64,000 nucleotides of DNA from Paramoeba atlantica (lineage: Eukaryota > Protista > Discosea): NCBI GenBank assembly GCA_977017575.1, contig CDRNVI010000002.1:1045833-1109832 (forward strand), in the 5' to 3' direction. Within the stretch, counting starts at the first letter, position 1. Each line of letters begins with the position of its first letter. Both the position numbers and the translations under genes were made by a program. Under the pieces are notes generated by a model. The model ran no database searches, was not told the DNA's origin, and saw only the letters and a list, made by a program, of their open reading frames with translations. Positions 23,294 to 34,022 of this stretch are shown here, piece after piece.

Positions 23294-25588
23294 ATGGACG
23301 CCTGTGTAGTGACTTCGCATGAACCTGAAATGAACAAGTTACGGCACAAGGCAAATTTATATGAACGGTTGAAAAGCGTCACTCAGAATTCTTTTACGCC
23401 TAATGGGTATTCTTTGTGGCATCTTGCCTGTTACAGAATGGTATTTCCATGCCCTGCACCGCCTGCTCGTTTTGAGCTTCCTATAAAGTTCTTCTCGAAG
23501 GATTTTACGTCTTTACGAGATTTTGGGTCGTCCGCTTCATCTGACTCAAAGCCAGACAGAGATTCCATTGTGGATTGTGTTCTACAGAAATTGGAACCTT
23601 TGATGTGTAGAGAAAAGGGGTTAAGAGAGCTCTACGAAGCCCAACGGAGTACCACACAATTTAGAAACCCTCACCTCCAACCTGCATCTGTCACCGTCAC
23701 TTTTTCTCACGCTCCTTCTGGTGACTGTCAAGAACGTATTCACTCGAGTGCAATAGCACCAGAGAATCGCAAGTCATGGTCTAAATGTTTATCCTTGGTA
23801 AAGTTTTTTGTTACATCCATTTCTGGTTGTGCCAACAAGGAAAAGAAATACAGTACTGTGATAAGGTTACAAGCGTATCGAAGTGTGACGCCATCGACTG
23901 CTCAGAACTGCACAATGACTAATGGAATGCCTACAAGGCATCCGGAATCGTCAGGTGATTCTACTCTAGAGCGTAAAGCCCTTTGCCAAGGACCTGAGTC
24001 TCGTTGTTCTCTCAAGCAGGGCGGAATGGTCTGTCCAAGTCGTCTGAAAAACGAAAAAGCTGATCTCACACTAACGACTAAGGAATCGCATGCTGGAAAG
24101 CCGCAACAAATTGAAGGTATCCGACAGAATTTGTCTTCATTACAAAATGAAAATTCAGTTTCTGCAAACCTATCTTCGACGCATAGTACAAAAGGGGTGG
24201 AACTGCTCAGTTCAAAGGCGGCCTCCGTAGAGCCGATTAAAAAGAATCGGAAAATAGGATTCCGAAGCCTCCACACCAGGAATACGAATACTGAAGAAGC
24301 TAAATCAAAAGACGTATTGTTGATTCCAAATTCTCAAATCTCGGAATCGAACTTGATCTTTAAGTGCAGTTCCACGGAGACCGCTCTTCAATCACGAGGA
24401 TCGACTATGCACCATCTTATCTTCTCGCGTCATCCTTCACCTTCCGAATTGTCTACCCAGTATTCAACATTTCTACACTCGATCACATGCGAACGCTTTG
24501 GCGATGTGGCTAAAACATTCTCATCTAATGCATCTAGGAACCTTAAATTTACTTCGGAAAACCCCTCTGCTAATGAGGACTTTCCGTTGCATAAAAAAAA
24601 TTCTATTCAATCGGAAACACATGTGACTAAGACTCCTTCACATTACGCACACATTCCCAACGATATCTCTTTAAAGATTTGCGAAAAATCCGGTATTCTT
24701 CCAACTGGTCTACAACGCGAGAATTCAGGGACAAGCACACACGTCTCCAATCGTTCTCGAAATTCTATTTCTCGGAAAAACATCCACTCTGATGCCCAAA
24801 AAAGGGTTTCAAAAAAGGCCGTTCATTTTCGTGAAGACGCTAAGGAAGTACCCTTAATAGCAGATCATTTTGTACACCCTTCTCCTTCATCGGCAATTGC
24901 AGCCCTCATTGATTCCGTTAATAAGCTATTGGAGTTACAAAAAACTCAACTTCGTGCGTCACAGACACGGATTGATTCTGTGCCATTACAACCTTCCGTT
25001 TCGCAAATAGGAAGTAGCTCTGACCATTTTAGTTCCTTTCTTACAACTTCATTACAGAATGTAAGCTCGACTTTTGAAAACATTTTTCAATCTTCAGCTT
25101 TAGAAGCTACACTGGTGGAATTGTGTAAAGTTCGCATTATCAACGCAGAACTTTGTCAAAAATTAGAAAATCTGCAGAATGCCCGAGCAACAATTAAAAG
25201 CTATCGATCTGAAATTGCGCGATTGAAGTCCTGCATGCAACGGGTTCAACGTGATCTTATGTACGAAATTGTGCGCGATGAGATCATGCGAGAGGAGTGC
25301 GAATCATGCGCTACATCGTCGAACGTTCCGAATGCGGAGCCCAATCCTGTAGAAAATAATAAAGAGTTTGAAAAAATTCGTCGTGCGGCTCTAGTTTATC
25401 GCCGCCGACTTCAGTGTAGGGCTTGCGATGGTGTTCACGATATTTCACACGTATTACGACAGTGTGGTCATGCATTTTGCAAAACATGTATTGAATCATT
25501 GCTGTATCTGCGCCGCCGTAACTGTCCGATTTGTCTTCAGAAAAGCATTGTCACCTGGGATGATGTTGTACGTTTTTATCTTGCTTAA
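23294..25588 (+). CDS. C-terminal RING E3 ligase (BRE1-like RING after a coiled coil)
   Basis: CRACDGVHDISHVLRQCGHAFCKTCIESLLYLRRRNCPIC is a C3HC4 RING at the extreme C-terminus. Confidence 0.7.
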   Translation: MDACVVTSHEPEMNKLRHKANLYERLKSVTQNSFTPNGYSLWHLACYRMVFPCPAPPARFELPIKFFSKDFTSLRDFGSSASSDSKPDRDSIVDCVLQKLEPLMCREKGLRELYEAQRSTTQFRNPHLQPASVTVTFSHAPSGDCQERIHSSAIAPENRKSWSKCLSLVKFFVTSISGCANKEKKYSTVIRLQAYRSVTPSTAQNCTMTNGMPTRHPESSGDSTLERKALCQGPESRCSLKQGGMVCPSRLKNEKADLTLTTKESHAGKPQQIEGIRQNLSSLQNENSVSANLSSTHSTKGVELLSSKAASVEPIKKNRKIGFRSLHTRNTNTEEAKSKDVLLIPNSQISESNLIFKCSSTETALQSRGSTMHHLIFSRHPSPSELSTQYSTFLHSITCERFGDVAKTFSSNASRNLKFTSENPSANEDFPLHKKNSIQSETHVTKTPSHYAHIPNDISLKICEKSGILPTGLQRENSGTSTHVSNRSRNSISRKNIHSDAQKRVSKKAVHFREDAKEVPLIADHFVHPSPSSAIAALIDSVNKLLELQKTQLRASQTRIDSVPLQPSVSQIGSSSDHFSSFLTTSLQNVSSTFENIFQSSALEATLVELCKVRIINAELCQKLENLQNARATIKSYRSEIARLKSCMQRVQRDLMYEIVRDEIMREECESCATSSNVPNAEPNPVENNKEFEKIRRAALVYRRRLQCRACDGVHDISHVLRQCGHAFCKTCIESLLYLRRRNCPICLQKSIVTWDDVVRFYLA

Positions 25589-26233
25589 AAATGTTTCGTT
25601 GTTTCTACGTTTTACGGTTGATTTTTTTTACTTCAGCTTTTTATCAGCACACAATTCGAATAGCACGTTTTACTTATCATCAAATTACTATTTGACAATT
25701 GTTATTTAACAAGTGAAACCCCACCTTACATATTGTTGAGTTAAATTTTCTTATGATAGCGCACCACGTCAAAACAATATCACTCACCCTGTCATTAAGA
25801 ATCGAAAGTTTTTGTCCTCCTTTTCGACGCCTATGAGGGAGTTTTCTTTTTCAACCTTTTTTCTTTTATCTTATTTTATCTTTTTATTTAATCTTTTATC
25901 TTATTTTTTCTTTTGTCTCATACATGTAGCATGTACGTAGTATGTACTACGTACCTGTATGCGTATTCCTGTTAGAAAATGGTTTGCTTCTGTTCAGTCC
26001 ACTTAATTGTATATTCTGATAGTTTTAAGAAAAATATGTTCTGTTTTCTTTTTCTACAGTATTTTTTTGTCTTTGCTTTCGGGACATCTACATGTAATGC
26101 TGGTTGTATTTTTTTTTTGTATTCTTTAATTTTTTTTAAGTTTTGCGCATTCCAGGTATTCATTAATTTTCTATTATACAGTAGCTTTTTAAGTTATTCA
26201 TTGTCCTTGGGAAGGTACAACTGAGTACTGCGC

Positions 26234-26878
26234 ATGATTCACTCTTCGGACAACGGTAGCTCTGCGATAGTCCTGCAAGACGCAATATTTACTCCTCAGT
26301 GGATCCGGAAAATACGTCTCATGTTTTCCGATATTTCTCTGTATCACACCACTGGACCGGACATAGGGCTACTCCGTGTGACACATACTCTTGACGCTTC
26401 GACGCGACTACACTTTCTAGAACAATATGGCACCTCTTCACCGACAACCGCAGGCAACTTCACAGAAAGTTCTAAATCTTCAGTGCCAATCGATACGATT
26501 GAAGCGATGGCACCATACGAAAAAATGCTCCTGACGCATAGCCCTGCCGACATTGGAGAGTTAGGGCACGAAGTTGGATTATCCTCTTTTTATTTAGAGG
26601 AACTCTTTCGAGTATTACCCAATTGCGTATTACCCAATGAAATTGTATCTAGTGTTCCAACAAAAAACAGGGACCTTTGTGTTTCTATGAAGAAAATCGA
26701 TAAGAAAAAATTTAGTGCTTCCATAAAAGAGCAAAAATCCATGGAAGTTTCCAAACAATACGAATTCGAAATTGATTGGTACAAACTTTTTTTATCTTCT
26801 GAGCCCTTGCGTGACTTGGAGCCCAGTGCACTACGGCCATCTATCTACAAATGGATACATGGGAAATATTATAATTGA
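26234..26878 (+). CDS. Hypothetical protein (214 aa)
   Basis: ATG-started ORF after a T-rich intergenic tract; no motif. Confidence 0.55.
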   Translation: MIHSSDNGSSAIVLQDAIFTPQWIRKIRLMFSDISLYHTTGPDIGLLRVTHTLDASTRLHFLEQYGTSSPTTAGNFTESSKSSVPIDTIEAMAPYEKMLLTHSPADIGELGHEVGLSSFYLEELFRVLPNCVLPNEIVSSVPTKNRDLCVSMKKIDKKKFSASIKEQKSMEVSKQYEFEIDWYKLFLSSEPLRDLEPSALRPSIYKWIHGKYYN

Positions 26879-27226
26879 AGACACAAAATTTTTGGCTAGC
26901 AAACGCACTTGAGTTTTGTGAAATCGTTTTTACTTGAGCTACAAGTAATGTACAGTAAAAGTCACTATTCTGAGAGTCACTAAAAATGAGAATTGGGCTG
27001 TCAACGTTCAACTGCCAAAAATGCGAATGCAATGGTAAAATGAGAATGGGGCTTTAACTTCTGATGTCAACGTTCAACTCGAATATAACCCAAAAAATGA
27101 GAACATAAACTTTTTTGAAGCGATATAAACCTAGGGGCACGTTATTGCTGCCTTGCACATTACTTCTACCTTGCGGTTTAATGCTACCATGTTGCTTTAT
27201 TGCTACTATTCGCACTTTATTGCGAC

Positions 27227-27986
27227 TACACCCCTGGGTAGCTTCATTTACCCCCCCCCTACAGGTCTTGCGTTTTGTTCGATTTCGGAAATATTTGGTA
27301 TGGGACTGTTTTTCGCTCCGATCGTCTCGAATCCACGGTCCTTTTCATGATTGGAATAATATTTTTTTACTAAAATGACTAGACAATTTTTGAGGGTGTA
27401 CACTTTTTTCTTTAATTTTTTTCTTGCTTTTAAATATTTTTTTATGTTTTTAAAAATGTAAATCATGCTTAGAGAACGCAAAAAAGACGCTGAATACGTA
27501 TTCAATAACCAATGTGATAACCTTTCTTTTCTACCACCAATTTAAGTCGTTTGCGGAAGTCTTTAAATGGACTTCTTAATTTATCGACATGTACTCCTGA
27601 TAAAACATCGAATTCCTGGAGAAAAAAAACATTTCTGAAGATTTTGAGCTCATTAGCTACAGCACGTAGGGATTTTAGTTCCTTGTAGCGTGCTATGATG
27701 AGAGTTCGCCTTTCTGGTGAAATACGCTGATTCAGGAGGGATGAAGCCCGATATCGTTTGACCATTGAGGAAAAAACAGAAAAAAAGCAGATTTTTCTAG
27801 GGTGGGCAAAACAAAATTGACTTTTTGGACAAAAATTTTAAGGTCTCGGAGAAAATCAAGGTCGCTCGAGTGAAAACGACCGCGGATTCGAGACGATCGG
27901 AGCGAAAAACAGTCCCATACCAAGTATTTCCGAAATCGAACAAAATACAAGACCTGTAGGGGGAAATGAAGCTGCCCAGGGGTGTA
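27227..27986 (-). mobile_element. Nested, internally deleted Tc1/mariner-like element with ~125-bp TIRs
   Basis: tacacccctggg...cctacaggtcttgcgttttgttcgatttcggaaat on the left is mirrored at about 27865-27986. TA at both ends. Internal HTH-like ORF 27502-27765 (ISPERRTLIIARYKELKSLRAVANELKI). Confidence 0.8.
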
Positions 27987-28500
27987 TGTCACTTTATTTC
28001 TACCTTTCACTTTATTGCTCCGATCTCTATTCTTTAAGGATTTTTTTTAGAGATGGACTTGATTCCCATATAGAGGTAGTGTCCGATTTTACCACGGCTG
28101 TTAATTCGGACGACGAATGCGTTTCGTTAGAGAACGAGGGGGATGTTGGTCTTTCCGAAGACAAAAGTGGCAAAACAAATGTCCAGGAACTCTATGTGGC
28201 TACCTGAGGACACACCCGTTTCGATTGAATTGGAAAATACATCAGAAACCCCAAGCACAGCATCACGCAGCAGTACAGTGGGCGCTCTTCAAAACAGGAA
28301 GCGTCGAATCAAGCCCGGAAAGCGAAAAAGCGAATACACTCTCTCTTTTCAATCGTCTCTCTGGGATAAAGATACTGTTTCTGTGTAGCAAGCTTAGACA
28401 TGAAGGCTTGACGCCAATCACTTGGTAGCAATAAGCTGCTTGCACTTTATTGTTACCATTAAGAGACCTGCACTTTATTGCTACCATAGTAGCAGCGCTG

Positions 28501-29422
28501 TTACCGTATAGGAGCGCTGCTACTATGGTAGCAGCGTTCTTCCCCGTTCTTTTCACGGGGAACGGAATCCCACGCACGTCTTGTCAAACGCATCACAAAG
28601 TCCCAGGAAGGGACATACTCGGTAGGATGCGCATGCCTCTCTGCTTCATCCTGGATCAAGCTCTTGTAAAGCTCCTTGAATATTTTTATTATGTCCAGAT
28701 CAGCAGGTTGCCATACATGGATCATACCCGCTGGACCAAAAAGGACCGACCCCCCCGGTAACCACTCGTTGGTCTGCTGCAAGACTCCAGGGAGGTGACG
28801 ATGACCCTCGTAACAACAGCCAAAGGATTATTCCAACAGCCAAAGGATCCAACAGCCAAAGGATTATTCCAGGCATCAGTGTCTTCACATGTTCGAATGC
28901 AGCCGTCGAAACACGTGCGTCTTCCCACGCATTCCGTTGAATGTGCACGAAGGGATCACCATGGTACCGAAATGCTAGGTTTTTGGGATTCCGTGACTTG
29001 GGATTAGCTTCACCTTTCAAAACGAATGATAGGGATAGCTTTTCTCCAATCAAATGATGTTCCAACGTTGATTGTCACTCTCGTCCTTGATTTAATATTT
29101 GACATAGCCTCTGACAATAGACGTGCTTCGTTCCGTGAGAAATGAAGAGAACGGTTTCATCAACATTTCAAATCCTGGACTCCTCATACACTGGGATATT
29201 AGAACGCACTTGTTGCAAAAACATATCCAAAAACACATCTACATCCCAAGACGGGGACAAATTTTTCTTCTTTTTTGCAAGGTGTCGAGAGCATCCATTG
29301 GCCTTGATTACTCTCCGAATCCAACATTGCAATGCGTTTGTTTTCCCCTCAAATCTATTCCCTGTAATGTTTACCACGTAAAATTCGACTTGATTTATCG
29401 TAAATTGCTCTTTCTCCTCCAT
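28501..29422 (-). pseudogene. pogo-family DDE_1 transposase pseudogene
   Basis: WIRRVIKANG (CENP-B HTH-like), RI*NVDET (stop just before the first Asp motif), GEKLSLSFVLKG, RNAW and WQPADLDIIKIFK across several frames. Confidence 0.8.
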
Positions 29423-29939
29423 GCAGCAGTAAACCAGAGATTTTAGAGTGGTGTGGCTTTGTGATGTGAAACACGAGCGTATTTGCTCTTTCGAGCGGCA
29501 GAAGAAATGCTGGTGTAGTCTTGAACCGATCGATATAAGGGGGGACGCTTACTAAGTTGTTGTTTTTCGCATGTTTTATCTTTGCAGTCAGAGTGTCGCC
29601 AGGAGTCTGCTTCACAATTTCTAGCACTTTTAGTTTTTCTTCGTTCGAAAGACCCATCAATGGAAATCTGTTAAAGTCTTTTTACGTTCAAAAACAAATC
29701 CAATCCTCTCGAAAATAAATTTTAATTTTTGTTTTCGGAAATGAGAATTCATGATTGACTCATCAACAGAGGCTCTGTCAACGTTCAACACGCAAATCTG
29801 AGAACAGTGACCAAAAGAAGATTATTTTTGTGCCAACGTTCAGCACCCATTTCTCAGAATAGTGACTTTCTCCGTAACTTGAACTACTGTACAGTCTCGT
29901 TAGTATTTTGTGAATAAATTTCGAATTTAGTAAGAAATT

Positions 29940-30845
29940 TTCTTTTTTAGGCTCTTCGTTAAACGCGGTGGCTGTTTTCAACTTAGAAGTCACTCATGCT
30001 GCGCGCTTCGCGTTGAAAACTACCGCCGCGTTTAACGAAGAGCCTAAAAAAGAAAATTTAGCCTGGAAAACGGAAAGATTATAGCCAAAAATAGCCGAAT
30101 TTCGGGTACAAATGGTGTCATTTTCGCATATTTTTGCTCTCAGAGCACTAAATCCGACATTTGCACGTGGGAAATCACTCGTAGGCATGAATGGAAGCCT
30201 ACCGAACGTATTGGGTAGAGAATACGACTCCAACCATACCATTCTTTCGACACAAAAATGCCCCTTTAGGTCCGAAAAATACTTTTTCACCTTTTTTAGT
30301 CAAAATTGGGTCATTTTGAGGGGCGCACCACGGTTAGAAGAAGGGATACCTTGCGAAAACAACTGCGGAGAAAGCTAGTGTAGGTCCCAAACTATCAAAA
30401 TACAATAGGGGAAACGATTTTGGAAAACTATTTTTTTTTTTCATTTTTTTCGCCAAGTTGAATTTTTTTTCAAAAATTTTTTTCCGAAAAAATCCGAACT
30501 TGGCGGACCCGTCATGCGGATACGCGGGGGGGTCACCCCCGGGTAGGGGGGTGGAAAATGCGCGCCAAGACCCCGGCTACCCTTTCTGCGGTTTTTTTTC
30601 GAAAACTAATTTTTTCGAAAAAATTTGCTCGACCATGCCCCCCCCCCCTGGACCCCCCCCATGGACCACCCCCATGGACCCCCCATTTTTTTCAAATTTT
30701 TTTTTCAGTTTTAGTCCACCGGAGCCCCCTTTTATATTTTTTTCTTCTATTATATTACTGTGTTCCTCTTTATATTTTCACTGTTTTTGTTCACTTTTTT
30801 TTCAATAATCGAGTGTAGAGCGGTAGTTTTACAACCACCGCAATA
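29940..30845 (-). repeat. Modular dispersed repeat family, inverted copy
   Basis: 30170-30845 is the reverse complement of about 4800-5500 and 60900-61540. A hairpin module lies at 29944-30050. Confidence 0.9.
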
Positions 30846-30910
30846 ATTATCCTAAGTCATCAAACTAAGGATCAATTCCGTCCTTTTTGTACAACACTTG
30901 CAAACCTGGT

Positions 30911-31214
30911 TACCGTATACCCCCCCCAGTAAGAGAGATTTGGCCCTTTTTGGACTGATCCCCAGTAAGAGAGATTTGGCTTGGGAGCCCAACAGAAGGC
31001 GTATAGGGGGTAGGGGGTGGGTGTCTGCAGGTTGGGGGCCTCGGGGGTAGCCCAAAGAAGCATTTTAACACGTTTTCAGAAGAAAAAATAGAAAAAATAG
31101 TCAAAAAAGTAGGGAGAAAAGAGGAAACTGGCCAAAAAAGCATACCCCCCCCAGTAAGAGAGATTTGGCCATTTCGACCCAAAACCCATTCTCTTACTGG
31201 GGGGGTATACGGTA
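30911..31214. mobile_element. TA-flanked MITE with CCGTAT termini (Tc2/pogo-like)
   Basis: TIRs taccgtataccccccccagtaagaga (30911-30936) and tctcttactgggggggtatacggta (31190-31214). Three direct copies of cccagtaagagagatttgg. Confidence 0.88.
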
Positions 31215-31347
31215 TTTGTAGAAAGCTGAAATCTCGGGAGTCATAGGATTCGTACCCTCAGCTCTCTAGACAACTTACACCCAATATGCTTTTCAAAATA
31301 GCAATAAGCTTTTAAAAAATATAAGAATAAGATTTTAAACCTCTAAC

Positions 31348-33666
31348 ATGATCGCGGCTCAATTTTTTGATGAAGATAATATTCGGCCTGCAAAACGGCG
31401 CAAAATCGGTCTCCCGAATTCGAAGTTCAACCGGCCTCGATCTGCTTCCTTTGGTCGAATAGTTGGTCAAATTCTTCCTCAAGAATATGATCTAGACCGA
31501 TTGCTCAAAAACGTAACGGAACGACAAAATTCATGGAATACGCACACTGTAGCATCCCAGTGGTACGGAGTTTCTTGTACAATGAACGGAACAATAGAAA
31601 GAATAGGTTGGTCTGGTTTAGGATTAAAAGGCACGCTTGGAACAGAGTATCTTCCCGTTAATCTTGTGGGATTACGCCTGCAAGAGAACCGCCTCGAAGG
31701 GAACTTTTCTATTGAAGACCTTCCGCAGTCCTTGAAGCGCTTGGAACTACAGGGGAACCTTTTTAGTGGTCCTATAAATCTTAAAGCTTTACCACGTGAT
31801 CTGTGCTACTTAAATCTGTCTTCAAACCATTTTCATGGACAGATTGATTTTTCAAATTTACCTCCTCTTACATTTCTCGCAATCAATAACAATCACTTCA
31901 CTGGTTCCATTGATTTGTACGGACTTCCTCCAGTACTAGAAACGCTATCAATTCACGAGAATTCTTTTTCAGGGGAATTGTCTTTCTGTGGGCTCCCAAG
32001 AACACTGCAACGTTTTACAGCGTACAAAAATGATTTTGAGGGGAATCCTGATTTTTCGCAACTTCCTCCTCTGCTTCGCATTATTAACGTAGCTTACAAT
32101 CGTTTGTCTGGAAAACTTTTTCTCCTGGCTCTCCCGCCAGCATTGGTTGGATTTGAGGCTGGAAACAATTTCTTAGAAGGTGAAATAAGTCTTGCTAATC
32201 TTCCAGAAAATTTGCGTTATCTTATGCTTAGAGAAAACGCACTTTCGGGGCTTCTACACCTTTCTGAGTTTCCTCCGACGTTTCAAGCCATTGATCTGTC
32301 TACAAATTTCTTTTCCGGGTCAGTAGCTTTTCCTCCACTCCCAGAGAGTTTGGAGATTCTTCGACTTTCCAACAACACTTTTTCTGAGATAATTGGAACT
32401 TCGAACATGGAGTCTAGCTTTGTTGAAATTGCTCTTGACAACAATACCTTCACCGGCAACTGGGATTTAACTGTACTTCCGGAAAACTTGGAATTCTTTT
32501 ATATCAATGACAATAGATTTGACGGGGAATTAGACCTTACTGGTCTTCCGCAAAAACTGACGATTATAAATGTGTCCTCCAATCGTTTTTGTGGTAATCT
32601 CAATTTGTTTGAGTTACCTCCTCTTGTGGATTACCTGGATTTTAGTAACAACTTGTTTGAATCGCCCATTGATCTCTCACATCTACCAGATGCCGCAATA
32701 TCCCTCTTTTTGGACAGAAACCGTTTTAGCGGGGACGTGAAACTGGAAGATCTGCCTTCCAAACTAAATATTTTGGACCTTTCTAACAACTCCTTTACAG
32801 GTGAACTTAATTTTCGTAGACTTCCTCACAGCCTAGGCAAACTTAGGTTGAGCAGAAATCAGTTTCAAGGTTCCGTAGATGTTTCCTCATTTCCGTCGAA
32901 AATGTTTTACTTATCCCTGGCATTCAACGCACTCTCTGGGAATCTGTGCCTTTCAAATTTCTCATTTTCTATGCGATATCTTCACTTAAACAACAACAAT
33001 TTCACAGGTACGGTTGACTTTGATCGACTGCCGACAGATATTCGGTTTTTGCAGCTTCAGTACAATCGTCTCACAGGTAATGTTTCTTTTCCTCACTTTC
33101 CATTATCTCTTGAAAATCTAAATCTTGGTTTCAATCAGTTTGTCGGTGAGATTCACCTCGAGAAATTTTCAAACGGTATTCATTTGAAACACATTGATCT
33201 TCAAAACAATCAGTTTACGGGGCCAGTGCAGCTCCACTACCTGCCAGCGCTTCTTCAAAGTTTAAATTTGGGAAACAACAGATTTGTTGGGAGCATAGAT
33301 TTATCGAAACTACCGTCAACCTTATGTAACCTTACTCTGGCAAATAACACCTTTTCTGGAAATTTGGATTTGGGAACGCTTCCAAATAGCATTAAAAGGG
33401 TCAGTGCTGATCACAATTTGTTTGGGCCTGTTCTTGCTTGGGAAGTACTTCCTGCTGAACTCCGAGTACTTGAGCTAAATCACAATCAAATACGTTCGAC
33501 ACCAGAAAGTCCGCTTCTCCCTCCTTTTTTAGAAATACTAAATTTGAATAGTAACCAGCTCTCCCATATGATGCATTTTTCGGTTTTGCCCACGACACTT
33601 CAGAAAATTGATCTACGTGACAACAAACTCGATCAAACTTCTCCTCATGAACTCATTCTGTTATAA
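31348..33666 (+). CDS. Large LRR protein (~29-30 repeats of ~23 aa)
   Basis: Continuous LPxxLxxLxLxxNxFxGxIxLxx array after the cap SWNTHTVASQWYGVSC. NLS-like RPAKRRK near the N-terminus. Confidence 0.92.
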   Translation: MIAAQFFDEDNIRPAKRRKIGLPNSKFNRPRSASFGRIVGQILPQEYDLDRLLKNVTERQNSWNTHTVASQWYGVSCTMNGTIERIGWSGLGLKGTLGTEYLPVNLVGLRLQENRLEGNFSIEDLPQSLKRLELQGNLFSGPINLKALPRDLCYLNLSSNHFHGQIDFSNLPPLTFLAINNNHFTGSIDLYGLPPVLETLSIHENSFSGELSFCGLPRTLQRFTAYKNDFEGNPDFSQLPPLLRIINVAYNRLSGKLFLLALPPALVGFEAGNNFLEGEISLANLPENLRYLMLRENALSGLLHLSEFPPTFQAIDLSTNFFSGSVAFPPLPESLEILRLSNNTFSEIIGTSNMESSFVEIALDNNTFTGNWDLTVLPENLEFFYINDNRFDGELDLTGLPQKLTIINVSSNRFCGNLNLFELPPLVDYLDFSNNLFESPIDLSHLPDAAISLFLDRNRFSGDVKLEDLPSKLNILDLSNNSFTGELNFRRLPHSLGKLRLSRNQFQGSVDVSSFPSKMFYLSLAFNALSGNLCLSNFSFSMRYLHLNNNNFTGTVDFDRLPTDIRFLQLQYNRLTGNVSFPHFPLSLENLNLGFNQFVGEIHLEKFSNGIHLKHIDLQNNQFTGPVQLHYLPALLQSLNLGNNRFVGSIDLSKLPSTLCNLTLANNTFSGNLDLGTLPNSIKRVSADHNLFGPVLAWEVLPAELRVLELNHNQIRSTPESPLLPPFLEILNLNSNQLSHMMHFSVLPTTLQKIDLRDNKLDQTSPHELILL

Positions 33667-34022
33667 GGCAGGTATTTTTCATAACTGTAAATTAGCTATT
33701 TTGTTCAGTTATTACATGTACATGATGTTCATTCTTAACACCGTTAAGACTTATACGATTTGCTTGACATATCAATGGCCAGATATACTTCGTAACTATA
33801 GGACGTCGCATGTAAACGTTGTTTACGTTTACGTAAACGTGTAAAAGTTGATGTTTACGTGTTTCCGAATTTATTATCATACCAAAGTACTTTTACTTTT
33901 CATCGAATGAAAAACAATGAATTTTTTTTGTTGTATTCTCACATTTTTCTGTGTTACATTCTTTCCACTCAAACCAACAAAACACAGACACACAATATAT
34001 TTAGCTCGTTACCCTAAAATCA

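Larger units (their letters stand above)
26951..29891 (-). mobile_element. Degenerate pogo/Tigger-like DNA transposon
   Basis: Ends are tacagta and tactgta. Subterminal 18-bp inverted repeat aaagtcactattctgaga (26958-26975) and tctcagaatagtgacttt (29852-29869). Encodes DDE_1 fragments. Confidence 0.6.

Noticed and set aside
33810-33860. gtaaacgt/acgtttac palindromic cluster
   Set aside because: Short and low-complexity; not distinguishable from chance.
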